Shown here: in pieces, positions 29,192 through 36,365 of the stretch
Layout of the letters: every line of letters starts with the position of its first letter
How positions within the stretch are numbered: the stretch's first letter is position 1
Assembly: GCA_025361885.1 (NCBI GenBank)
Contig: JANYJF010000009.1
Coordinates: forward strand, 3,696 to 67,695
Direction of reading: 5' to 3'
From: Coriobacteriia bacterium
GTDB lineage: Bacteria; Actinomycetota; Coriobacteriia; Anaerosomatales; PALSA-660
DNA: 64,000 nt
Position numbers and translations under genes: made by a program
The notes under the pieces: model-generated
The model's input: only the letters and a program-made list of their open reading frames with translations
Databases searched by the model: none
Told to the model about the DNA's origin: nothing

Positions 29192-29437
29192 TCAGACCTC
29201 GTCGATCGGGAACACGCAGCCGATGCTGACGCGGTTGACCGCGATGTAGGACGGGGTGTACAGCGGCGTATCGCTACCTATCCGGAACACCCGGGCATCC
29301 GTCACGGCGAAGTAGTCCTTGGCTTTCGAGTTCAACGAGTCGGTGAGTCGGCTACCGACGAGGACATGCATGTCCCCCTCGATCCTGTACTCGTTCGTGA
29401 CGATGACGACGCGGATCCGGTCCTTGTTCGTGTACAC
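29192..29437 (-). CDS. Small hypothetical protein (81 aa)
   Basis: GTG start with GGGAGG 6 nt upstream. Beta-rich sequence VYTNKDRIRVVIVTNEYRIEGDMHVLVGSRLTDSLN.... No function assignable. Confidence 0.6.
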   Translation of the reverse strand: MYTNKDRIRVVIVTNEYRIEGDMHVLVGSRLTDSLNSKAKDYFAVTDARVFRIGSDTPLYTPSYIAVNRVSIGCVFPIDEV

Positions 29438-29508
29438 CGGTCACCTCCCAGGTCGGTCGGGTCGATGGATCGCCGGAGCACCCGGCGATGACGCGAACTC
29501 TCCCTATG

Positions 29509-30195
29509 CTACCGCACGCCTGCAATGCTTTGAAGGATGACCCGCAGCCAGGCGGCGAGTCCTATCTCGGTGGCCGACAATGCCAAGGCGATGAGCGCGG
29601 GAGCCCACGCGTCCCTCGCCCGATCGAAGGAGCGGTCGAATCGCAGCGGCAGCAGCGCGATGACCATGTTGACGCCCACGAAGGTCGCCACGATCGCCGC
29701 CACGACCACCAGGGGATACCACACTCCGAGCAGCGGCATCACCCACCACACGAACGCGAAGGCCACAGGCAGCGGAAGCACCCACAGCAAGAGGTCGAAG
29801 GTGCCAGACATCGAACGCTCCGGACTCGACCGCCGCCACAGCGACCCCGTCACCATGGGATACACGACGACCGGAAGCGCCCACCCCGCCAGCAGACCGG
29901 TGATCAGGCGCAGCGAGTTATCGGTGACGCGCCATCCCGCGTAACTCGTGACGCCGTCCCAAGCCATCGCGGCCACGAACAGCCCGGCCAGTGCCAGCGC
30001 GGGCCACGCGGGAAGCCCGGAGCGCCGCCGGCCCCGGTCGATCCATGCGATTACGGCGAAGGAGATCACGAAGCCGATGTATATCCCGGTGTCTCGCGCG
30101 CACACCGGCACCTGGTGCGTCCCTCCGAAGAAGGAGCGGGCGGGCAGCTGATGGCACAGGCCGAAACCGAACCAGTGCAGGAGCGTGTCGATCAC
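29509..30195 (-). CDS. DUF2085-family membrane protein
   Basis: GTG start 30193-30195 (GAGGAGG RBS) gives 228 aa: VIDTLLHWFGFGLCHQLPARSFFGGTHQVPVCARDTGIYIGF..., the CHQ-x-P-x-RSF...CARxTG pattern I associate with DUF2085. The longer track ORF would run through tRNA-Pro. Confidence 0.78.
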   Translation of the reverse strand: MIDTLLHWFGFGLCHQLPARSFFGGTHQVPVCARDTGIYIGFVISFAVIAWIDRGRRRSGLPAWPALALAGLFVAAMAWDGVTSYAGWRVTDNSLRLITGLLAGWALPVVVYPMVTGSLWRRSSPERSMSGTFDLLLWVLPLPVAFAFVWWVMPLLGVWYPLVVVAAIVATFVGVNMVIALLPLRFDRSFDRARDAWAPALIALALSATEIGLAAWLRVILQSIAGVR

Positions 30196-30269
30196 GCGAG
30201 CCTCCTCGCCGGCTGAAACGAAGTGGCAGGCCCGGGATGGTGCCCCGGACCTGCCACGTGCTCGTCGGT

Positions 30270-30346
30270 TGGTCGGGATGGCGGGATTCGAACCCACGAC
30301 CTCTGCGTCCCGAACGCAGCGCTCTACCAAGCTGAGCCACATCCCG
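30270..30346 (-). tRNA. tRNA-Pro (anticodon CGG)
   Basis: CGGGATGTGGCTCAGCTTGGTAGAGCGCTGCGTTCGGGACGCAGAGGTCGTGGGTTCGAATCCCGCCATCCCGACCA. Anticodon loop TT-CGG-GA. Confidence 0.94.
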
Positions 30347-30422
30347 ACGAGGCGCCATTCTACACGACCACCGAACCGACGCAAAGCGCGGATGTCCGGA
30401 CGCGCGGCGCGATGGTCGTGCG

Positions 30423-30470
30423 ACGGACGCGAAAGGACCCGGGCGCTTGTGGCGCCCGGGTCCCGTCCGT
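30423..30470 (-). terminator. Two-tier GC-rich hairpin downstream of the 24-heme cytochrome gene
   Basis: Inner perfect 12-bp repeat ggacccgggcgc / gcgcccgggtcc (loop ttgtg) flanked by an outer 7-bp repeat acggacg / cgtccgt. Starts 22 nt after the stop codon. Confidence 0.6.
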
Positions 30471-30491
30471 AGTGCGGCCCACCTTGTTCGG

Positions 30492-32507
30492 TTAGCGGAT
30501 CAACCTCACGTGGCAGTATGAGCAGTAGGTCTCCTTGTGGCACTTGAAGCAGTCCTGCGGATTCCCTGCCTTGACCACGTCCGGATGCTGCTTGAGCCAC
30601 GGCACAGTCGGCGAGGAGCCGGCGTGATGGCAAGCGTTGCAGAACGTGGTGGCGTGGCAGTTCACACAGGTTGCGCGATCGAGCTTGGCTGGCGTCGCCT
30701 TGAAGTCGGCGGCGTGCTGGCCACCAGGCAGGGTCTTGGCGCTGAACCCTGTCGGGTGCGGCATTGCGACCTTGTGGCAGCTCTGGCAGAAGGCGTTGGT
30801 GTTCGCATCGCCATCACCATGGCAGTAGGCACAACTGTCCTTCTGCTTGTTGTAGGAAGCCCAGTGGATCGCGCCGTTCGCGTCGGTCCGGTGCGTCCAG
30901 TTAGCAGCCTTGTGCGAGTCGGGCAGCACCTTGTTCTTCTGATGGCACGTGATGCAGAAGGCCTTGTCCTGATGGCACTTCTGGAAACATCCTGCGGTAC
31001 CGGCGGCGGCGACGGACGCCCCGTGCTGCTTGACCCACGGGACCGACGCCGTGGAACCGACGTGATGGCAGTTGCTGCACAACTCCTTGAAGGTGTGGCA
31101 GTTCGCGCACAGCTTCGGATTCGCGCTTCCGGTCTTGGCGTGGAACTGCTTGAACTCGGCCGGGTGCGGCATCGCGAGCTGATGGCAACCCACGCAGAAC
31201 GGGTTCTTGGTCGCGTCACCAGGTCCGTGGCAGATCTCACACGTCTTGATGTTCTTGGCAGCGGCCGTGTGCGCCGCAGGCGTCTTGTCCTTGGCCTGGC
31301 TGTCCGCGCCGGACGGCGAGTGCAGCCAGATCGCGGCCTTGTGCGACGTCGGGAACGGCTTCAGCTTCGTGTGGCAATCGGAGCAGAACTGCGTCGTGTG
31401 GCACTGCTTGAGACAAGAATCCATTCCATTCTTGTCGACGAGCGTCGCATGACCGTTCAGCCACGGTGTCGCAGCGTCGAACTTGCCGCCCACCTGCGTG
31501 CCGTGGTGGCAGTTGTCACAGAAGTGCGTAGCGGCGTTGTCGCCGTGGCACATGACGCACTTGGCGAGCGAGGTCTTGGAGACCGCGGGGTGGGACTTCG
31601 TCTTGAAGTCCGCGCTGTGCGGCATCGGCATGCCGTGGCACGCCTCGCAGAAAGCCTTCTCGTCATGACACATGCCGCAGTATGCGACCTGCTTGAACGG
31701 CGTGATCTTGACTCCGGCCTCGCGGTCCGAGGAGGCAGCCTTCTGGGTGCCTCCGGCCGCCTTCGATGCTTCTTCGGCCGCCTTGACCTCTTCTTCGTAG
31801 AAGGTCTTGGCGAGCGCGCCATGGCCCTTCGGAAAGAAGTTGGCCACAGCGTGGTTCGACGGCTTGAGCGGGAAGTCGGGTGTGTGGCACGCGGAGCAGA
31901 TGCCAGGGGCCTGACCACCCTTCGCCAAGCTGTGACAACGGAAGCAGCCCTGCATCTTCATATAGTCGGGGTGCTTCTGCTGCGTGAGCTTGAGGGTCAG
32001 GTTCTGCTCGTTGTGGCCGACCCGGTTGTGGCAGGTCGTGCAGGTGACGTTCTTGTCCGCGTGGACCTTATGGTCGATCACGATGCCCGCTGAGGGCGTG
32101 ACCTTGCGGTTCGCGGAATGGCATTGCGTGCATTGCGAGGAGGGGAACTCCCCGCTGTTGAGCGAGAGCTCGGATTCGGCGTTGAGGGGCAACGTGAAGT
32201 TGCCGCTCACCGTCAGGTACAGCTCTCCGAGTGCCTTCGCCTTCTTGAGGATGAACGTCACCGTGTCCGCGTTGACGGGTTCGTGACATGCCATGCAGGA
32301 CACCTCGGAGTGCGAGGAGTTCTCATACGCGGCGATCGAGTCGTCCTGCACCTTGTGACACACCTGGGCACAGAACCACCGTGTCGATGTCGCCCCCAAC
32401 ATGACGATGACGAACGCGGCCAACGCCAGGACAATGACACCCGTCCAGATGACGTATCGCGGTCGGCGGACCGGGTCTTTGAACCCGGCCAGGGAGATCT
32501 TGGCCAT
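30492..32507 (-). CDS. Membrane-anchored multiheme c-type cytochrome (about 24 heme-binding motifs; NapC/NirT-like N-terminus)
   Basis: ATG 32505-32507 with AAGGAG 8 nt upstream. One N-terminal TM helix (YVIWTGVIVLALAAFVIVMLGA). I count 21 CxxCH plus 3 Cx3CH (CAQVCH, CLKQCH, CFQKCH). The C-terminal two thirds are three tandem hexaheme repeats. Confidence 0.9.
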   Translation of the reverse strand: MAKISLAGFKDPVRRPRYVIWTGVIVLALAAFVIVMLGATSTRWFCAQVCHKVQDDSIAAYENSSHSEVSCMACHEPVNADTVTFILKKAKALGELYLTVSGNFTLPLNAESELSLNSGEFPSSQCTQCHSANRKVTPSAGIVIDHKVHADKNVTCTTCHNRVGHNEQNLTLKLTQQKHPDYMKMQGCFRCHSLAKGGQAPGICSACHTPDFPLKPSNHAVANFFPKGHGALAKTFYEEEVKAAEEASKAAGGTQKAASSDREAGVKITPFKQVAYCGMCHDEKAFCEACHGMPMPHSADFKTKSHPAVSKTSLAKCVMCHGDNAATHFCDNCHHGTQVGGKFDAATPWLNGHATLVDKNGMDSCLKQCHTTQFCSDCHTKLKPFPTSHKAAIWLHSPSGADSQAKDKTPAAHTAAAKNIKTCEICHGPGDATKNPFCVGCHQLAMPHPAEFKQFHAKTGSANPKLCANCHTFKELCSNCHHVGSTASVPWVKQHGASVAAAGTAGCFQKCHQDKAFCITCHQKNKVLPDSHKAANWTHRTDANGAIHWASYNKQKDSCAYCHGDGDANTNAFCQSCHKVAMPHPTGFSAKTLPGGQHAADFKATPAKLDRATCVNCHATTFCNACHHAGSSPTVPWLKQHPDVVKAGNPQDCFKCHKETYCSYCHVRLIR

Positions 32508-32749
32508 ACACACCTCTCCTTGCTCACATCGGGGCCCTCATGCACGCGACAAGAACAGTCGAAATCCCCTCTCGACCGATCGCGTCAACGATATCGGAAC
32601 GCATCGGGTACCGCAAACGGCCCGTCCGCACTTCCGGGGTGTTTCTGGAGGGATCTCTCGCGAGTCCTCCCTGTTGCGTCATTCGACGGGCGTGGGCCGA
32701 ATCCTGCATGCCACGGCGGCCGAGGCACACACTGCGGCCAGGCAGCCGA

Positions 32750-33208
32750 CTAGCGCAGTTGCAAAGTGAGCTCCACCTCCACCGGCGAGCCGAGCGGAAG
32801 CTCGGCGACACCGACCGCGCACCGTGCGTGCCGGCCCGCTTCCCCGAAGGCCGCGACGAGCACCTCGCTCGCGCCGTTGAGGACGGCCGGCTGGCCGGTG
32901 AAGCCGGGTGCCGATGCGACGAAGCCACCAAGGCGGACCACGCACTCGACCTCGTCGAGATCGCACACGGTCGAGGCAGCCGCGAGGGCGTTGAGAGCGG
33001 CGATTGCCGCGCAGCGCGCAGCGACCTCGGGCGTCACGGCGTCGCCAACGCGCCCGGCGGTGAAGAGCTTCCCGGCGACCGTGGGAAGCTGTCCGGATGT
33101 CAGGACGAGCGCACCGGATCGCACCGCGGACACATACATACCGAGCGCGGCCGGCGCCTGGGGCAACTCGAAGCCGGCCTCACGCAGTCTGTCCGAGACC
33201 CGTGACAT
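32750..33208 (-). CDS. RidA/YjgF/TdcF-family protein
   Basis: Internal ATG 33206-33208 gives 152 aa: ...[18 protein letters not shown]...[20 protein letters not shown], the RidA-family pattern. Confidence 0.8.
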   Translation of the reverse strand: MSRVSDRLREAGFELPQAPAALGMYVSAVRSGALVLTSGQLPTVAGKLFTAGRVGDAVTPEVAARCAAIAALNALAAASTVCDLDEVECVVRLGGFVASAPGFTGQPAVLNGASEVLVAAFGEAGRHARCAVGVAELPLGSPVEVELTLQLR

Positions 33209-33216
33209 CGCGTCCC

Positions 33217-34374
33217 CTATCCCGTGATGAGGGCGTCGGCCACGCTGTTGAGTTCGCCGACGGACGAGGATATCTGACGGGACGTCGCGGCGGCCTGCTG
33301 CGAGACCATCGCCACTTCGCGCATCGAGACGACCACCTGGTCGGAGGCCGAACGCTGCTGTTGGGTGGCGATCGAGATCTGCTTGGCCGCATCCGTGGTC
33401 TGCTCGACTTCGGCGACGATCCTGTCGAGGGCGTCGGCGGTGCGACGGGCCAGGTCCTTGCCCTCGCCGACCTTCTTGGCGGAGCGCTCGGTGGCCATGA
33501 CCAGCGCGGAGGTCGATGCCTGTATCTCGCGCACGACCCGTCCGATCTCCTGGGTCGAGTCCGTCACCGAGTCCGCCAGCTTGCGGATCTCCTCGGCCAC
33601 CACAGCGAAGCCCTTGCCGGCCTCGCCCGCCCGCGCGGCCTCGATGGCGGCGTTGAGCGCCAGGATCTTCGTCTGCTCGGCTATCTCGTCGATGATCGTC
33701 AGCACGCGGCCGATCTCCTGGCTGCGCTCGCCCAGGGCGAGGATCCTGTCCGATGACTGCTGGGTGGTGATGCGGATCTCCTCGATGCCGGCAGCGGTGT
33801 CGCTCACGGCGGTCATGCCTTCCTCGGCTGACGCGAGGGTGCGCTCGGCGACCCGGACCACCGACTCGGAGTTCTCCGCTATCTGCTTGGACGTCTGTGC
33901 CAGCTCCTCGAGGGTCGCCGAGGTCTCGGTCACCGCTGCGGCCTGCTCCGCGGCACCCGACACCTGCTGCTCCGTGGCCGCGAGGATGTCGGATGCCAGT
34001 CCGCGCAGCCGGGAGTTCACACTGCGCACCTGGGAGAGGAGTGAGGTGACGTTCGCGAAGACGTGGTCGAGCTCGACCTGCGACTCGTCGATGCCGCGCG
34101 TGTCTCGAACGGCGACTCCCATGGTGCCTCCGGCTGACTTCAGGACCTCGTGCAGCACCCGCTCGGCGGTCTGCCTCGCGATGAACCAGCAGCCGGCGCC
34201 CAGTCCCACGCCCGCGATGACGCACATCGCCCAGAAGACGATGGTCTGCACGGGCCCGTCGGTGGTGACGAACAGGCTGGCGAGCAGCGGGAACGCGACT
34301 CCGACCCCGACTCCCATCGCGAGCATCGTGTACAGCAGCCTCCGACCGGTGATGTCGCTGGTTCTGGAGCTCAC
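33217..34374 (-). CDS. Methyl-accepting chemotaxis protein without an extracytoplasmic sensor domain
   Basis: 385 aa. Two closely spaced TM helices, then an MCP signalling domain with the highly conserved hairpin [30 protein letters not shown]. Confidence 0.92.
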   Translation of the reverse strand: MSSRTSDITGRRLLYTMLAMGVGVGVAFPLLASLFVTTDGPVQTIVFWAMCVIAGVGLGAGCWFIARQTAERVLHEVLKSAGGTMGVAVRDTRGIDESQVELDHVFANVTSLLSQVRSVNSRLRGLASDILAATEQQVSGAAEQAAAVTETSATLEELAQTSKQIAENSESVVRVAERTLASAEEGMTAVSDTAAGIEEIRITTQQSSDRILALGERSQEIGRVLTIIDEIAEQTKILALNAAIEAARAGEAGKGFAVVAEEIRKLADSVTDSTQEIGRVVREIQASTSALVMATERSAKKVGEGKDLARRTADALDRIVAEVEQTTDAAKQISIATQQQRSASDQVVVSMREVAMVSQQAAATSRQISSSVGELNSVADALITG

Positions 34375-34493
34375 GTCGCTGGCCTCTCTTGTCTTCGGGC
34401 GCGATGCGCTGACCGCCTCGCGGACGCGGCAATCATAGCATCGGGCCGAGGGGCGCGCCTGAGCCGCGCCTCACAGGGAGTCCCACCAGAGAG

Positions 34494-34522
34494 TTGTAAC
34501 CTCATACCCCTTGGGGTATACT
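34494..34522 (+). promoter_or_regulatory. Putative sigma-70 promoter of the ferredoxin / Sec-candidate / DUF362 operon
   Basis: TTGTAA (34494-34499), 17-nt spacer, TATACT (34517-34522). Lies 35 nt upstream of the ferredoxin ATG, which has an AGGAG RBS. Confidence 0.45.
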
Positions 34523-34556
34523 GTCGAGGCAGGCAGACGAATAGCCAGGAGAGCGT

Positions 34557-34781
34557 ATGCTGACAGCCAGTATCGACCAGACCAGGTGCGACAGGCAGCC
34601 CGGTTGCCCGGCAAGCCGTGTGTGCCCGCGGGGGGCCGTGGTCCCGATCGCGGCCTCGGCTCCGGGTGCGCGGCACGGGTGGACGATCGACGAGAAGCGC
34701 TGTACTGGTTGCGGCGTGTGCATCAGGGTATGTCCCATGGCAGCGATACAGGTCCGCGAGTACGTGGAGGAGACATCATGA
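34557..34781 (+). CDS. Small 4Fe-4S ferredoxin-type protein
   Basis: 74 aa. CTGCGVCIRVCP (CxxCxxCxxxCP) plus a degenerate first motif CDRQPGCPASRVCP. The stop overlaps the next start (ATGA). Confidence 0.8.
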   Translation: MLTASIDQTRCDRQPGCPASRVCPRGAVVPIAASAPGARHGWTIDEKRCTGCGVCIRVCPMAAIQVREYVEETS

Positions 34782-35110
34782 GCGATAGCAGCCCCAAGGT
34801 CGTCGTCGAGGTCTTCGACTTGGCGAGCGAGACCGCGTGCGGTTCCGGCGGTTGAGGCCCGTCGTGGTCTCCGGAGGAGATCACCTCGATAGTCCGGGCC
34901 GAGATCGAGCGGAGGTTCGGCGACCGCGTATCGGTGCAGTACCACGACACAGGCAAGCCCGAGGTACGGGCCGAGCATGAGGAGGCCGTACGGGCGATAC
35001 AGGACGCCGACTTGCTCTATCCTGTGACGGTGATCGACGGCCACGCACTGTACGATGGTGCGGTCTCCTACCCCGCCATCCTGCGGGCCGTCGAGGCGAA
35101 GTTGGCCTGA
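34778..35110 (+). CDS. Thioredoxin/glutaredoxin-fold protein with in-frame TGA (candidate selenocysteine at codon 26)
   Basis: ATG with GGAGGAG RBS and ATGA coupling to the ferredoxin. Reading through TGA 34853-34855 in the same frame gives MSDSSPKVVVEVFDLASETACGSGG-U-GPSWSPEEITSIVRAEIERRFGDRVSVQYHDTGKPEVRAEHEEAVRAIQDADLLYPVTVIDGHALYDGAVSYPAILRAVEAKLA (110 aa). That is a complete beta-alpha-beta-alpha-beta-beta-alpha fold with the TGA at the redox-loop position. The track ORF stops at 34855. Confidence 0.55.
34856..34900 (+). promoter_or_regulatory. SECIS-like stem-loop immediately 3' of the in-frame TGA
   Basis: Lower stem ggcccg (34856-61) / cgggcc (34895-900). Upper 9-bp stem gtggtctcc (34864-72) / ggagatcac (34876-84) with one G.U pair. 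Apical loop GGA lies about 20 nt from the UGA. Confidence 0.45.
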
Positions 35111-35166
35111 TCCCGGTCCTTCCTTCGCCTGTCCGAACGCCACCGGGCCGAAGGAAGGTTCTTGCG

Positions 35167-36333
35167 ATGGATGCCGTCAGCATCGCCCGCTGTTCAGATT
35201 ACTCCGCCGCGCAGGTCCAGCGAGCGGTTCACGATGCGCTCACGCCGCTCGGAGGCATGAGCGCATTCGTGTCCGAGGGCCAGCGCGTCTTCATCAAGCC
35301 GAACCTCCTGTCGAAGGCGGAGCCGGAGCGCGCGGTGACGACCCACCCGGAGGTACTGAGGGCCGTGATCCGCGAAGTCCGCGCGTGCAGCCCGGCGAGC
35401 GTCTCCGTCGGGGACAGCCCCGGAGGTCGTCATTCGGCCACCTCGATCCGGGGAGTGTGGGACGCCTGCGGGCTGACCGCCGTATGTGCCGAGGAGGGGG
35501 CCGACCTGGTGCTGCTCGATGACGACGTGGTCCGTGTGCCCAATCCGTCGGGAAGCGCGCTGTACGCCTACTTCAACCTGGGGCGCGCCGTCGTCGACAC
35601 CGACGTGCTCATCGACCTCCCCAAGTTCAAGACCCACGGCTTCATGATGTTCACGGGCGCCGTGAAGAACTGCTTCGGCTGCATCCCGGGACTCGAGAAG
35701 GCGCAGTTCCATCTAAAGGTGCCGGACCGCGATGATTTCGGCGAGATGCTCGTCGACCTCATGCTGGCCTGCGCGCCCAAGCTCGCGATCATGGATGCCG
35801 TCGTCGGCATGGAGGGCGAGGGGCCCGCGGGTGGCACTCCGAAGCACATCGGCGCCGTACTGGCTTCGGCCGGCTGTGTGGAGCTCGACGTGGTGGCCTC
35901 GGCCATCGCGGGATTCGACCCCATGGAGGTCTACACGAACAAGGCTGCCGTCGGTCGTGGCCTGGGGCCGAAGACCGCCGACGAGGTCGATGTGCACGGG
36001 ACGCCGTGGCGCGAGCTGGTACCGGACACGTTCGAGAGGCCGACGCGCGACCTATCGCGGGGGATGCCCCCTTGGCTGGGACGATTCGCACGCCGCGTCA
36101 TCACGTCGAAGCCCTGTCTGGAGCGGAGGAACGAGTGCACCGGCTGTGCGACCTGCAAGGTCAACTGCCCGGTGTCCGCTATCACGATGGTCGACCACAG
36201 GCCGTCGTTCGACTACGACAAGTGCATCCGCTGCTACTGCTGCCAGGAGCTGTGCCCCCCGCAGGTCATCGGGCTCAAGACACCGTGGCTGGTGCGCACA
36301 CTGGTCGCGAGCGGGCGTGGTCGCCGGGCGTAG
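35167..36333 (+). CDS. DUF362-domain protein with C-terminal 2x[4Fe-4S] ferredoxin domain
   Basis: 388 aa. N-terminal pattern (VFIKPNLL...HPEV...GDSPGG...KTHGFMMFTGAVKNCFGCIPG) matches what I recall for DUF362. C-terminus has CTGCATCKVNCP and CIRCYCCQELCP. Confidence 0.8.
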   Translation: MDAVSIARCSDYSAAQVQRAVHDALTPLGGMSAFVSEGQRVFIKPNLLSKAEPERAVTTHPEVLRAVIREVRACSPASVSVGDSPGGRHSATSIRGVWDACGLTAVCAEEGADLVLLDDDVVRVPNPSGSALYAYFNLGRAVVDTDVLIDLPKFKTHGFMMFTGAVKNCFGCIPGLEKAQFHLKVPDRDDFGEMLVDLMLACAPKLAIMDAVVGMEGEGPAGGTPKHIGAVLASAGCVELDVVASAIAGFDPMEVYTNKAAVGRGLGPKTADEVDVHGTPWRELVPDTFERPTRDLSRGMPPWLGRFARRVITSKPCLERRNECTGCATCKVNCPVSAITMVDHRPSFDYDKCIRCYCCQELCPPQVIGLKTPWLVRTLVASGRGRRA

Positions 36334-36365
36334 AAGCGCCGGGGGCGACCGGCGTCGGGTACGGA

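Noticed and set aside
32590-32700. Possible GEMM-type cyclic-dinucleotide riboswitch in the leader of the 24-heme cytochrome. The minus strand has ACGCAACAGGG and GGTACCCGATG, vaguely like ACGCACAGGG...GGTTACCGATGG of GEMM-I.
   Set aside because: - The GNRA-tetraloop hairpin, the ACGCAAAGCC segment and the tetraloop-receptor helix of GEMM-I as I remember it are absent.
- The similarity is limited to two short strings.
- An Rfam scan would be needed to revive the idea.
34853-34855. Alternative readings of the in-frame TGA: a genuine stop giving a 25-aa peptide plus an unrelated downstream ORF, a pseudogene, or a sequencing error.
   Set aside because: These are not fully excluded but are judged less likely.
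- The downstream part has no start codon or RBS.
- The two halves only make a complete fold together.
- The frame is unchanged across the TGA.
- A SECIS-like hairpin sits in the expected place.

The item is therefore kept as a finding with explicit refutation tests.
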